The notes: generated from the letters alone by a model not told the origin. A DNA stretch of 64,000 bases from Candidatus Eremiobacteria bacterium (GCA_963758295.1 CAVWUU010000001.1:1-64000); one strand, 5' to 3'. Shown: positions 31,054-40,935, numbered from the stretch's first letter. Numbers and translations: made by a program.

Positions 31054-32022
31054 CTAGATTCTCAAAGCCGCCGCTATGACCAGGCTCGAGACCGCGATGG
31101 CTGCCCAAAGAATCGCTCCAAGGGCCAGCGGCCGAAACCCGGCCGACTTGATCTTCGCGACGTCGGTTCCGAGACCGACGCCGGCCAATGCCACGACGAT
31201 GGCAAAAAGCGCAACGTCTTGCAACGGCGTTTGCACGATGCCCGGGATAAGGCCAAGCGAGTTGAGCGTCGCCGCGATGAGGAACCACAAAACGAACCAC
31301 GGCATGATGGCGCGCCAATCGACGCCCCGTCCTTCAGCGCGCAACGTTTGCATCCGACGCCACGCATAAAACACGACGATCGGCACGATGAGCAGCGTAC
31401 GCGTCAGCTTCACGATGACGCCCGCCGTCCCGGCTTCGTGTCCGTACCCAAATGCTGCCGCCACAACCGATGACGTATCGTTGATGGCCGTGCCCGCCCA
31501 CAAGCCGAACGAACTTTGCGACAGATGCATCAAATGACCGAGCACAGGAAACACCAGAACCGCCACGACGTTAAACAAGAATACCGCGCCGAGCGCGTAG
31601 GCTATGTCGGCCTGATCCGCTTCGATCACGCTAGAGAGCGCCGCAATGGCCGAGCCGCCGCAAATAGCGGTTCCAACGCCGAGCAAACGCCGCAAGTCCC
31701 GGTCCAAGCCAAGCGCACGCCCCACGAAAAACGCGAGCGTAAGCGTTATCACGAGCGTTCCGAGCATCACGGGAAGCGAACGCGCACCGCCGTGCGCGAT
31801 CTCGGCAACACTCAGATGCGCGCCGAGCAGGACGATCGACCACTGCAATAGCGTCTTGCTTGCGAAACGAATGCCGGTGCGCCATTCCGCCTTCGGTGTT
31901 GCAAAGACGGCAATCGCAACGCCGAGCAAAATGCTGAAAACCGGCGCACCTACGACCGGCACGAAATGCCCGAACACCGTCGCTACAAGAGCGACGGCGA
32001 CGCAAAGGAGAAAACCCATCAT
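31054..32022 (-). CDS. YeiH family (putative sulfate/sulfite exporter) membrane protein
   Basis: SIVLLG, GTAICGGSAIAA, WAGTAINDTSSVVAA, VKLTR. Confidence 0.9.
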   Translation of the reverse strand: MMGFLLCVAVALVATVFGHFVPVVGAPVFSILLGVAIAVFATPKAEWRTGIRFASKTLLQWSIVLLGAHLSVAEIAHGGARSLPVMLGTLVITLTLAFFVGRALGLDRDLRRLLGVGTAICGGSAIAALSSVIEADQADIAYALGAVFLFNVVAVLVFPVLGHLMHLSQSSFGLWAGTAINDTSSVVAAAFGYGHEAGTAGVIVKLTRTLLIVPIVVFYAWRRMQTLRAEGRGVDWRAIMPWFVLWFLIAATLNSLGLIPGIVQTPLQDVALFAIVVALAGVGLGTDVAKIKSAGFRPLALGAILWAAIAVSSLVIAAALRI

Positions 32023-32031
32023 GTGATTACG

Positions 32032-32862
32032 TCAAAAATATGAAGCGGCTGCGGGCGGAAATTGCAACGCGCGAGTTTTATCGAACGCCGGCCGTTGGTG
32101 GCTAAGGACGAACTGCGCAACGTCGTAAGCGTCTCGCATCGAGAGCGATCCCGGCGCGTTCTGCGGCATGTTGTAGCGGATGAATCCGGCCATGCGGTCG
32201 ATGTGCGCCATCCCCGCGCCCTTATTGAAAGACGTAGCGCCCCACAGCGGCGGAAAGGGTCCGTTTCCCGCACCGCCGGCGCCATGACAGGACGCGCACT
32301 TTTGGCCGTACAGTGCTGCGCCGTCCTTCGCGTCAGGCGTGGTGGACGGAAGGGGGACGAGAAAACGATCGTCCTTCGCCTGAGCTTTCCCAACCGGGAC
32401 GTCGCGCGATAAATACGAGATGTAAGCGACGAGCGCTACCATTTCCTTACTGGAGTAGGCCGGCGGCGTACCATTCATACTGTACAGAAAGCACTCGGCA
32501 AGGCGGTCTTGCAATGCAATAACGCGATGCGCGCGCTTGTTCCATTGCGGAAAGCGTCCGTAGACGCCGACGAAGCTTCCGCCGCGCGCAACGGTACCCG
32601 CGCCAAGATGACAAGCTTCGCACGACATGCGCGCGGTGACGTTCTTCGGCAAGCGCTTCTGCGTGTCGACGATGATGTCGTGGCCAAGACGGATGGAATC
32701 GCCAAGGCCGCCCGTCGGCAACGCCTGCGGATCGTAAGCCGCTTGTGAAGCCGCAGAACTCGCCGTCTCACCCGCGTTCGTCTGCGTTCCGGAACCGCCG
32801 CCGCACGCCGCTAAAACCGCGACGCATGCGAGCGCGGCGATGCTAGAACGTAAGCGCAGCAT
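32032..32862 (-). CDS. tsdA: Diheme cytochrome c, thiosulfate dehydrogenase TsdA-like lipoprotein
   Basis: Lipobox LAAC, CEACH, RLAECFLYSMNG (active-site Cys motif), CASCH, PPLWG..SFN.GAGM, NMP. Confidence 0.8.
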   Translation of the reverse strand: MLRLRSSIAALACVAVLAACGGGSGTQTNAGETASSAASQAAYDPQALPTGGLGDSIRLGHDIIVDTQKRLPKNVTARMSCEACHLGAGTVARGGSFVGVYGRFPQWNKRAHRVIALQDRLAECFLYSMNGTPPAYSSKEMVALVAYISYLSRDVPVGKAQAKDDRFLVPLPSTTPDAKDGAALYGQKCASCHGAGGAGNGPFPPLWGATSFNKGAGMAHIDRMAGFIRYNMPQNAPGSLSMRDAYDVAQFVLSHQRPAFDKTRALQFPPAAASYF

Positions 32863-33556
32863 ACGTGTAGTTGTACTTTGCTTGCAGCACGGCGACCGTT
32901 GCGACCATCGACGGAACGACGATGGCACCCGGAATTAAATGCATTAGAATATCGTTTGCAACTTCGGTAGCCGTCATGCCCGACGGCGCCAATTCTTGTT
33001 TCACGAGTTTGCGCGCCTGTTCTTCGATCGCGGTGTGGCAGGTGAGCATCAATACGCCGCGCTTCTGGAGCGCTTCGATGGACGTATCTTGATAGAAGCC
33101 TTTGTCGTCGTTGGCGTCACCGGAGACGCTAAGGTTGCTCTTCGCTTTGAGAAACGTATTGCTCGTAAGCGTCGCGCCCGATGCGTCCTTAGCGTTGATG
33201 AAGTCGCCGATCTTGTATTTTTGCCAAACGTAGTCGCTAAAGCCGTACGCGGCCGACGCTCCGTGGCCGGCGATGGCCATAACGATACGATCCGCGGGAT
33301 AACCGAACCCGAACTGCAGTCCGTTTAGCGCGTTTTTGACGTTATTTAAAAGACCCGGTTGAAACGCGACCGCTTCGAAAACCTGACGGATGTCGGCCGT
33401 CTTTCCGACGAGACGCGCAAATTCGGCCTCGTCGAAATTGCCTTTCCGCTCGACGAATGCCGTGCCGCCGGGAACATTTTGGGCCAGCACCGGCGCTGCG
33501 GTTGCGCCGGCGGCCAATACGGTCGCGGACGCGGCTAGGAATCCGTTGCGGTTCAT
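32843..33556 (-). CDS. Exported DsrE-like protein with Tat-like signal
   Basis: MNRNGFL signal, NNVKNALNG, LQKRGV.MLTCHTA, GAIVVPSMV...LQ.KY.Y. Confidence 0.6.
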   Translation of the reverse strand: MNRNGFLAASATVLAAGATAAPVLAQNVPGGTAFVERKGNFDEAEFARLVGKTADIRQVFEAVAFQPGLLNNVKNALNGLQFGFGYPADRIVMAIAGHGASAAYGFSDYVWQKYKIGDFINAKDASGATLTSNTFLKAKSNLSVSGDANDDKGFYQDTSIEALQKRGVLMLTCHTAIEEQARKLVKQELAPSGMTATEVANDILMHLIPGAIVVPSMVATVAVLQAKYNYTYAALTF

Positions 33557-33557
33557 G

Positions 33558-34484
33558 TTACCCCTTCGTCTGCAGCGGCTCGGTGAAGCCATAGGAACGA
33601 TAGATCGCTTGTGCGGTGTCTGTTGTCAAAAAGTTCACGAACGCCTTCGCGGCGTCGGGATGCGGCGCGCGCAGCACGGCGGCGGCCTCATACGTCGCAA
33701 GCACGTTGTCTTTCTCGGGAATACGCACGGCTTCTATGCCGCTGTGAATTCGCTCCTGATACAGCGCTTCGGAAAGCCACACCGGGCCGGCGTCGGCTTT
33801 GCCCTCTTGAATCCAAATTGGCGTTTCCCGATGATGGATTCGCGTAAGCATCGTCGTGCCGTCGCGAAGCTTTACATCCATGATTTCATGAACGAGCGCT
33901 TTGCCGCCGGCATTCTGAAACGAAATCTCGATCTGCTTCGCCACGCCTTCCGTTTGCGGGTTCGGCATCGCCACGCGGACGTCGCTGCGACCCAAATCAC
34001 GCAGCGATTCGATGTGCTTGGGGTTTCCGCCGCGGACCATCAGCGCGAGGTCGTTCGTTGCATATGCGACCGGAGCACCTACGCTGCCGGCCTGGCGTTC
34101 TTTATCCATGCGGCCTTTGCCGGCGAGAAAAACGTCCGGCTCTACGTTGATGAGCAGCTCGCCGATGCGCAGCGACGCACCGTTATCCATCTGCTCCGCG
34201 AGAATACCCGGAGGCAGCGTTTGATAATAGACGTTGCGCACTTCGGGATGATCTCGCCTGAACGCCGCGATCAGATCCGGCAGAACCATCCACTGATTGC
34301 CCGCAGCAAAGATTACAAGGTCGGCAGTCATCGGGTTACCATGAAGGTCCATGTCGTCGTCGACGCCGCGAATCGTAAAGTTGACGGGAGGCGCCTGTGC
34401 CGCAGCGGCTGATGGAACTGCGGACGGCGCCGGCGTTGCGCCAAGCATTACGACGGCAAGCGTGAGAGCGGCGAGAAACTTCAT
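33558..34484 (-). CDS. Molybdate/sulfate/thiosulfate-type extracellular solute-binding protein
   Basis: Signal peptide, DLHGNP, AAGNQWMV, QTLPPGIL, GNPK.I..L.DL, MPNPQTEG, IHHRETP. Confidence 0.8.
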   Translation of the reverse strand: MKFLAALTLAVVMLGATPAPSAVPSAAAAQAPPVNFTIRGVDDDMDLHGNPMTADLVIFAAGNQWMVLPDLIAAFRRDHPEVRNVYYQTLPPGILAEQMDNGASLRIGELLINVEPDVFLAGKGRMDKERQAGSVGAPVAYATNDLALMVRGGNPKHIESLRDLGRSDVRVAMPNPQTEGVAKQIEISFQNAGGKALVHEIMDVKLRDGTTMLTRIHHRETPIWIQEGKADAGPVWLSEALYQERIHSGIEAVRIPEKDNVLATYEAAAVLRAPHPDAAKAFVNFLTTDTAQAIYRSYGFTEPLQTKG

Positions 34485-34491
34485 AAGGTGT

Positions 34492-34520
34492 AGCCTAGGG
34501 CGGCTACTCGATTAAGTCAA
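34492..34520 (-). promoter_or_regulatory. Sigma70-type promoter giving a probably leaderless transcript
   Basis: Minus strand TTGACT, 17-bp spacer, TAGGCT, then 7 nt to the ATG at 34484; no Shine-Dalgarno. Confidence 0.65.
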
Positions 34521-34543
34521 ATCACTTTCTTGGAGGGCTGAGC

Positions 34544-35386
34544 ATGCGCGAGCCGATCGATCCCACCAAAGCGACGAGCGTGCAAATGGATCGGAAGACC
34601 TTCACCGGATTGTCCCTTGGCGCCGCGGCGGCCGGTCTAACCAGCAATTTTGGTCGTCCTCACGCGCCGATCGTGAATGAAGACGATCCGGCGATCGTCG
34701 TAGAGCGCGTGCGCTTATCGCGTCCCGGCGGGACGATAGACGCGTACAAGGCCTCGCCGAAGAATGCGACTGCAAACGCGCCGGGGGTCGTGCTGACCAT
34801 GCACATTTGGGGCGTTGACGCGCAGATCCGCGACGTCGTGCGACGCTACGCAAAAGCCGGATATTGCGCGATTGCGCCAGATCTGTATTCTCGTTGGAGC
34901 CCGCCCAGCGGCGATGGTCTAACGGACATTTCGATATTCCGGCCGTTCGCTGCAAGGCTGGAGCGCTCGCAGTACTCGGGCGACCTTCTTGCGGCCGCCG
35001 AACACCTCAGCGAAAAGGCGCCGCAAGGCAAGCTGGCCGTCACAGGTTTCTGCATGGGCGGCCACCTTGCTCTGCAGCAAACCGTGGACAACGCGGGCAC
35101 CTTCACGGCGGTAGCGCCGTTCTACGGTGCGGTGAAAGATATCGATCCTGCCGCGGTTCACATGCCGGTGTGCGGCAGCTACGGCGAGCGCGACAGCAGT
35201 ATTCCGGCCGACGGCGTTCGCGCGTGGAGAAATGCTTTACGAGTGGCGAATGATATAAAGATCTATCCGTCCGCCGGCCATGCGTTCTTCGATGACACGC
35301 GCAATTCGTACGTCGCATCGGCTGCCGAAGACGCGTGGAGTCGTACTCTTACCTTCTTCAAGGGACAACTCGGGTTACAATCGTGA
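34544..35386 (+). CDS. Dienelactone hydrolase family protein
   Basis: HIWGV, APDLY, GFCMGG, YPSAGHAF. Confidence 0.92.
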   Translation: MREPIDPTKATSVQMDRKTFTGLSLGAAAAGLTSNFGRPHAPIVNEDDPAIVVERVRLSRPGGTIDAYKASPKNATANAPGVVLTMHIWGVDAQIRDVVRRYAKAGYCAIAPDLYSRWSPPSGDGLTDISIFRPFAARLERSQYSGDLLAAAEHLSEKAPQGKLAVTGFCMGGHLALQQTVDNAGTFTAVAPFYGAVKDIDPAAVHMPVCGSYGERDSSIPADGVRAWRNALRVANDIKIYPSAGHAFFDDTRNSYVASAAEDAWSRTLTFFKGQLGLQS

Positions 35387-36633
35387 CGATCGCTGTGGAT
35401 TTCGTTCTACTCTTAGCCGGCGTGGCCGCCGGCGGTCTTATCGTTTTTTTCGCGCAACGCGCGAAGGTCGTTCAGTTGGAAGAGCGGCTCTCGGCCGAAC
35501 GTCTTCGTGCCGAGGATGCCAAGCACGGCCAGCAGCATGCGGTAGAAGCGCTGCTGGAACGGGCTAAGAACGAGTTACGCGAAGCAACGGCTTCGCGCGC
35601 GACCGAACGGGTCGGCGAAATCGTCGCACCGATCGCGGCGAAGCTTGGCGAGTTCGACCGGCTCGTGCGCGAAATCGAAAGCAAGCGCAACGAAGACACC
35701 GGGAACCTCAAAGCGCAGATCGAGAACTTGCTCACGCGAGCCGACAAAATCGAAACCGCAACGGTCGCGCTCACGAATCAAACGTCGACACTCGTGACGG
35801 CGCTTAAGAACCCCACGACGCGCGGCAAGTGGGGCGAGATTCAACTGCGCAACGTCGTCGAAAAAGCCGGCATGCTTTCGTACTGCGATTTTGCCGAGCA
35901 GCAAACGATTGCCGTCGAAGCCGGCCGCGCACGACCGGACATGACTGTCAATCTTCCCGGTCAGCGGCGCGTTTTCGTCGATGCGAAAGCGCCGACCGAT
36001 GCGTTGCAGGCTGCTTTTGAAGCGGTCGACGAAGCGGCGCGCAAAGACCTCGTGCGGCGGCACGCGCGGGCGTTGCAAGACCATGTCGATGCACTAGCGC
36101 GCCGCAGCTATCACACGACGGAAGGCTCGGCCGACTTCGTCATCATGTTCGTGCCGGGCGAAGCGTTCCTCAGTGCCGCGTGCAACGAGAATCCAATGCT
36201 CATCGAGTACGCGCTCGACAAAGGCGTATTGGTCACCGGACCGCTCGCGCTCATCAGCCTGCTTCGTTCCTTCGCAATGGGTTGGCAAGCGGTGAAGCAG
36301 GAAGAAAACTCCAAGCGTATCGCCGCTATCGGGCGCGAGCTCTACGAGCGCACTACCCGGTTCGCGGAAAAGCTTTCCAAGCTCGGCCTGAACCTCGAAC
36401 GTTCCGTCAGCGCGTTCAACGAAACGATTGGATCGTACGAATCGCGGCTGTTACCGCAGGGGCGAAAGCTCAAAGACGAAGCGGCGCTTCCCGCAGACGA
36501 TTTGCCGGAGATTTCGGTGATCGAGCTTGCGCCGCGCGCAATCACTTCACTGGAAACCGAACAACCGCGCGACAAGCGTTCCAAGCGTGCGCCCGCGGCT
36601 CCGAATCTCTTCCAAAACGACGAAGCGGGCTAG
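35383..36633 (+). CDS. rmuC: DNA recombination protein RmuC
   Basis: N-terminal TM plus coiled coil, RGKWGEIQL, RPD..V.LP, VDAKAP, DFVIMFVPGE. Confidence 0.93.
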   Translation: MTIAVDFVLLLAGVAAGGLIVFFAQRAKVVQLEERLSAERLRAEDAKHGQQHAVEALLERAKNELREATASRATERVGEIVAPIAAKLGEFDRLVREIESKRNEDTGNLKAQIENLLTRADKIETATVALTNQTSTLVTALKNPTTRGKWGEIQLRNVVEKAGMLSYCDFAEQQTIAVEAGRARPDMTVNLPGQRRVFVDAKAPTDALQAAFEAVDEAARKDLVRRHARALQDHVDALARRSYHTTEGSADFVIMFVPGEAFLSAACNENPMLIEYALDKGVLVTGPLALISLLRSFAMGWQAVKQEENSKRIAAIGRELYERTTRFAEKLSKLGLNLERSVSAFNETIGSYESRLLPQGRKLKDEAALPADDLPEISVIELAPRAITSLETEQPRDKRSKRAPAAPNLFQNDEAG

Positions 36634-36653
36634 AGTTTAGAAGCCCCGGCTTC

Positions 36654-37280
36654 TTATCGCAATTGGGCACGTGCGAGGGGCAAAGAGCCGTCGCGCAGTT
36701 CCAAACTTTGCATCGGCGTAGCGCGCGTAACGAAAAGTTCGCTCGTTGCGCCGGATGACTTCGTCCGACCTATGAATTGGGCGGATCGGCCCGTTCCGGC
36801 GTACACGCCATACGAACGCGCACTTTTTACCAGCACGTAAAGCCACGAACGGTCGCGCGCGTAGATCACTTTCGCTGCCGGCGCATCGGCGCGTACGGCC
36901 GTAAATTGCGAATGATTGAAGTGGCTGTCGATCATTGCAACGATTGCGGGATTCCCGGGATTCGGCCGATGGAATAACGCGGCGAACAGGAACGACGTAA
37001 GCATCGCGCCGAGGACGAAGGCCGCCGCTAAGCGGGCCCAGTGCGCGAACGCGGACGACGGAGAGGAACGCGCGAAAAGCATCTTCCGATCGAGCGAAGC
37101 CGGCGTTGCGCGTTCGCTCCGCGCCCGCTCGAGCGATAGGACGGCTTCCTCCGCTTCACCGATGCGGAGGCGGCATTCGGCGCAGCCGGCAGCGTGTGCG
37201 TCGACGGCGCGGCGTTCGACTTCGCTCAACGCTCCAAGCGCATAGAGCTCGGCGGCATCGCCGACGTGCCGGTCATTCAT
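36654..37280 (-). CDS. Zinc-finger anti-sigma factor
   Basis: LYALGAL, H...C..C motif, one TM helix; coupled to the ECF sigma gene. Confidence 0.85.
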   Translation of the reverse strand: MNDRHVGDAAELYALGALSEVERRAVDAHAAGCAECRLRIGEAEEAVLSLERARSERATPASLDRKMLFARSSPSSAFAHWARLAAAFVLGAMLTSFLFAALFHRPNPGNPAIVAMIDSHFNHSQFTAVRADAPAAKVIYARDRSWLYVLVKSARSYGVYAGTGRSAQFIGRTKSSGATSELFVTRATPMQSLELRDGSLPLARAQLR

Positions 37281-37803
37281 GTGGAGCGCCTTCCCTTGCG
37301 AGCGACGTCCGCAAGGCGCGTAATGCCGCCGAGAGATGACTTTTCACCGTGCCGAGCGGCTTTTGCATCTTCTCCGCCGTTTCGGCCAACGTCATGGAAC
37401 GAAAGTAAGCATAGTCAACGGTTTGCCTTTGCAATGGCGTGAGCGCTTCTATTGCCCGCGCAATACGCGCAGATTCGATGGGATCGGTTTCTTCCGGATC
37501 GGCCGCTTCATCGTGCGCTGGGTCGAGCGGCATTTCGCGAACCGTCTTCCGCAGCCGCCCGAGCGCCTCGTTTCGCACGCATACCACGAGAAACGCTTCG
37601 AGACTGCCGCGATCGACGGTATAAGCGCTTGCGCGTTGCCACATTCGCAGGAGCACGTCGTGCACGCAATCCTCCGCTAGTGACTCGCTCTTTAATAGGC
37701 GAAGCGCTACGGCATAAAGCCGTCCGCCGAAGCGGCGGTATGCCGCTTCGTACGCTGAACCTTCGCGTCTCGCAAACGCGCGCTCGAGCGCCTCGTCGCG
37801 CAC
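37273..37803 (-). CDS. ECF RNA polymerase sigma factor (SigK-like)
   Basis: AEDCVHDV..RMW, AYF..MT..E.A, PLGTVKS. Confidence 0.9.
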   Translation of the reverse strand: MRDEALERAFARREGSAYEAAYRRFGGRLYAVALRLLKSESLAEDCVHDVLLRMWQRASAYTVDRGSLEAFLVVCVRNEALGRLRKTVREMPLDPAHDEAADPEETDPIESARIARAIEALTPLQRQTVDYAYFRSMTLAETAEKMQKPLGTVKSHLSAALRALRTSLAREGAPHE

Positions 37804-37804
37804 G

Positions 37805-38689
37805 TTACGAGAGCGAAGTGTCCTCGATCCGAGCGTCGCCGTCATCTACCTGAACCGTCCGGTAGCCGAGAACGCGCAGCAGATCGTCGTGCGGCAGGGT
37901 CACGGGTCCAGGCTTCGGCGCCGTCCCGGGTTTTGGCTGCGGATAAGCCGTAGCCGCCGCGCTGGCAAAACGGATATTTCCCTCCGAATGCGTGACGATT
38001 TGATGGATGTGCCCGTTTAGGACCGTTACGCGATCGAACTTCTGCAGCAAAGCGAGGGCTTTCGTGCCGTCTTCGGTGGTCCAGCCCCATTGCGGATAGA
38101 GCGCGTAGAGCGGCACGTGGGTGAAAACCACTACGGGCGTCGTCCGGGGAACGGCTGCCAGATCCGCGCGGAGCCAATCGAGCTGGTCTCCTCCGAGCAG
38201 CCCGAGCTTCTCGAAGTTGAAAACGTTCAGCAATGCGACGTAATGGATGCCGCCGTCGTTCCAAGATGCCCACCCGCCATCCCGCGATTGCGGAATCTTG
38301 AAGTTGTTCAAGTAGCCTTTGAAATCGTTGCTGACAACGTCGTGTTCGCCGGGCAACGCAATGAGCGGGGCTTTCAACTCCGATAAGATGGCACGCGCGT
38401 CGTCGAACTGTTGCGGCGTCGAAAGATGCGTGATATCCCCGGTGTGCACGACGAACTTCGGCGGCATCTTCATCGCGTTGATGCGATCTACCGCAGCTCT
38501 CAGCGTGCCGGCAACGTCCATGTTAGCCGCCTGATGAAATCCGATGTGACTGTCGCTAATTTGAACGAATTCAACCGACGGGGCATCGGCTGCGACCGCT
38601 CGGCCGAGGAGCAGGCCGCTTCCCGCGACCGTATATGCAATGCCCGCGCCGGTCCATGCAATGTGCTCGACGAATTCCGAACGTTTCAT
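37805..38689 (-). CDS. Exported metallophosphoesterase
   Basis: QISDSHIG, HTGDITH, PGEHD, FTHVP, NGHIHQ. Confidence 0.9.
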   Translation of the reverse strand: MKRSEFVEHIAWTGAGIAYTVAGSGLLLGRAVAADAPSVEFVQISDSHIGFHQAANMDVAGTLRAAVDRINAMKMPPKFVVHTGDITHLSTPQQFDDARAILSELKAPLIALPGEHDVVSNDFKGYLNNFKIPQSRDGGWASWNDGGIHYVALLNVFNFEKLGLLGGDQLDWLRADLAAVPRTTPVVVFTHVPLYALYPQWGWTTEDGTKALALLQKFDRVTVLNGHIHQIVTHSEGNIRFASAAATAYPQPKPGTAPKPGPVTLPHDDLLRVLGYRTVQVDDGDARIEDTSLS

Positions 38690-38690
38690 T

Positions 38691-39017
38691 TTACTTGGCG
38701 CCTTTCACGATAACGACGCCCTTCATGAACGGATGCATCTCGCAGAAATACGCGTACGTCCCGGATTTACTGAAGGTGTATTGCCAGGACGCGCCCGTGT
38801 CCATGCCTTTCGAATCGAAACGATTGTCCGTCGCGGTGACCGTGTGGGCGTCATCGTCGTCGTTTACGAAAAGCACCGTATCCCCGGTGTGGACCGTTAC
38901 GCGTGCAGGCGTATACGCGTCGTCTTTGATATGAACCGTCGCCGCTGCCGGCGGCGCGGGCGTTTGAGCGGTGAGGCCGGCAACGAGCACGGCCAAGAGC
39001 ATCGACTTGAGTCTCAT
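38691..39017 (-). CDS. Cupredoxin (plastocyanin/amicyanin-like)
   Basis: Signal peptide, N.D..AHTV, YFCEMHPFMKG type-1 copper ligands. Confidence 0.92.
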   Translation of the reverse strand: MRLKSMLLAVLVAGLTAQTPAPPAAATVHIKDDAYTPARVTVHTGDTVLFVNDDDDAHTVTATDNRFDSKGMDTGASWQYTFSKSGTYAYFCEMHPFMKGVVIVKGAK

Positions 39018-39054
39018 GCTCTCTCTATGCGTGAGGGCGCTTCCCGGTTCGGAT

Positions 39055-39888
39055 TTACTTGAACGGAGTGGGAGAGGCGGCTGCCGTCGCCGACCACGAG
39101 GTCCCGCCGGCATACTCCACATGAACGATACGATAGCTTGCGAGGCGCGCTTGCAGCAACGGTAAGGCCGGTTCAGTGAATTGGCGTTCGATGCAATTCT
39201 CGCCACGCAGTCGCGCGCCCGGGGCATTTTGCTGCCATTCGCTCAACGAAGCATACCCGGCAACGTCGGTACCCGGGGCGAATTCGCCTCGCCGGTCGAG
39301 CACGAGATCGCCCAAAGCCTGATCGGCGGCAGAAAGCAACGGGAAATCAACGACGACGCGCGTCGCCGGTAAAAGCGCCAGATTTTTGAACGAAACGCAG
39401 GCGATAAAGGCCGTACCGTCCCGCTTCGCCGCGGCAAACCCGTTTAAGATTTGCGTACGTCCTTGAACGCGGCCGTCGAGCGCTGAATTTACCAGCGGCA
39501 ATCCGCGCCAGGCGTTGAGCGTCGCGGCTTCGGCCGGAGAGACAAGCCGGTATTTCGGACCGATTTGTTCGTCGGTAACGCCTTGCGCATAGAGCGCGGT
39601 GCGGCCTTTTCCTTGCAGCCATGACATCACGGCACGCCGGTCGGCATCTTCAAGGGAAACAATATCCGTCTCGGCTTTATCGGGTTGAAACGACGACTCG
39701 ATAGGCGTGGGCGGCGTTTTGTTGCTCGCCCAGACGACAACGCGCTTGAAGTCGCTGTCGGATAGCGCGCGCATCTCCGTGAGGACGCTCACCAGGCCCG
39801 GCGAAGCGTCCGCGTGCGCGCGCGCCGCACCAAGCGCGGCCATCGCCGCGAACGCCAACGCTTGCAGCAGCGCGATGCGCTTCTTTAT
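39055..39888 (-). CDS. Hypothetical secreted protein (possible ATA start)
   Basis: Open frame; a full signal peptide KKRIALLQALAFAAMAALGAARAHA appears only if the start is the ATA at 39888. Confidence 0.65.
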   Translation of the reverse strand: MKKRIALLQALAFAAMAALGAARAHADASPGLVSVLTEMRALSDSDFKRVVVWASNKTPPTPIESSFQPDKAETDIVSLEDADRRAVMSWLQGKGRTALYAQGVTDEQIGPKYRLVSPAEAATLNAWRGLPLVNSALDGRVQGRTQILNGFAAAKRDGTAFIACVSFKNLALLPATRVVVDFPLLSAADQALGDLVLDRRGEFAPGTDVAGYASLSEWQQNAPGARLRGENCIERQFTEPALPLLQARLASYRIVHVEYAGGTSWSATAAASPTPFK

Positions 39889-40424
39889 TGTTGTTTATCT
39901 TTCCAGGCTTTGAGCGCCGCGAGCGTGTTCTCCACATGTTTGTCGGGCTGCAAATTGGTGTAGCTGTAAATCACCGTACCGTCGGGGACGATTACGTAGG
40001 ACGTGCGGTTGGCGTATTCCGGATTCTGCGTCAACACCGCGTCGTAGGCTTTCTCGACCGTTTGATCCGTGTCTGCGGCGACGGCAAATTTGCTGCGGCA
40101 ATCGCTTACCGAAAACTTTTGCAACTTGTCGATTGGATCGTGGGACACGCCGATCACGGTTGCGCCCAGCGCCTTATACTGCTCGATCGCATCGGCGAAC
40201 TCGTGCGCCTCGATCGTGCAGCCCGGCGTAAACGCCGCCGGATAGAAATACAGGACGACCGGTCCTTTTTTTAGGGCATCGGCCAGCGAAAAACTGAAGA
40301 CTTTGCCGCCTTGAGAAGCTTGCAAAGTAAAGTCCGGCGCTTTCGCTCCGTTATCGAGCGCTGCGGCAGCGGGCGCAATGGCGAGAGCAGCGAGAGCGAG
40401 CACACCGAGAACACGACGTACCAT
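39885..40424 (-). CDS. bcp: Exported peroxiredoxin (Bcp-type)
   Basis: APDFTL, VLYFYPAAFTPGCTIEA, IGVS.D; GGAGG RBS. Confidence 0.88.
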   Translation of the reverse strand: MVRRVLGVLALAALAIAPAAAALDNGAKAPDFTLQASQGGKVFSFSLADALKKGPVVLYFYPAAFTPGCTIEAHEFADAIEQYKALGATVIGVSHDPIDKLQKFSVSDCRSKFAVAADTDQTVEKAYDAVLTQNPEYANRTSYVIVPDGTVIYSYTNLQPDKHVENTLAALKAWKDKQQ

Positions 40425-40475
40425 GAATCTCCTCCAAAGCAAGCGTTTTCACTATAACACAGAGAACGTTGCGTC

Positions 40476-40865
40476 ATGGCTAGTTGGTTCACGTTCCTAC
40501 GCTCGGAAGAGAACGTCACCGCAACGGTAACGGTAAATTACGGCATCGATGCCGCGGCGGAGATTCCGCAGCGCCCGATGCTCTTTCTCGTCGTCCGGAA
40601 TCTGGATCAGCCGTCGGATCGCACCCCGGAAGAGCTGGAAGCGCTGATCTGCACCGATTTGGAAAACGGCGGCGCGCTGGTCGTCGGCGGCCTCACGATG
40701 GATCGAACGCGAACGATCGTCGCGTACGGGAGCGACGAAATGCAAGCTCGCCAGGCGCTCGGCGCTTATGACGGCGGCGTCGCTTTTCAAGCGAAGGCCG
40801 ACCCCGAGTGGCAAATCTACCGCACGCTTTTACCGACCGACCCGGAACTGACTTCTGCTCCTTAG
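40476..40865 (+). CDS. Hypothetical protein (DUF695-like)
   Basis: Fills the gap; W near the N-terminus, VG..T...R, DPEW..Y..LLP C-terminus. Confidence 0.55.
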   Translation: MASWFTFLRSEENVTATVTVNYGIDAAAEIPQRPMLFLVVRNLDQPSDRTPEELEALICTDLENGGALVVGGLTMDRTRTIVAYGSDEMQARQALGAYDGGVAFQAKADPEWQIYRTLLPTDPELTSAP

Positions 40866-40935
40866 GACGCCCTTGTCATAGGGAAGCAACGCCGATATGC
40901 GCCTCTGCTTCGACAGGGGCACCCATACGTGAGAG

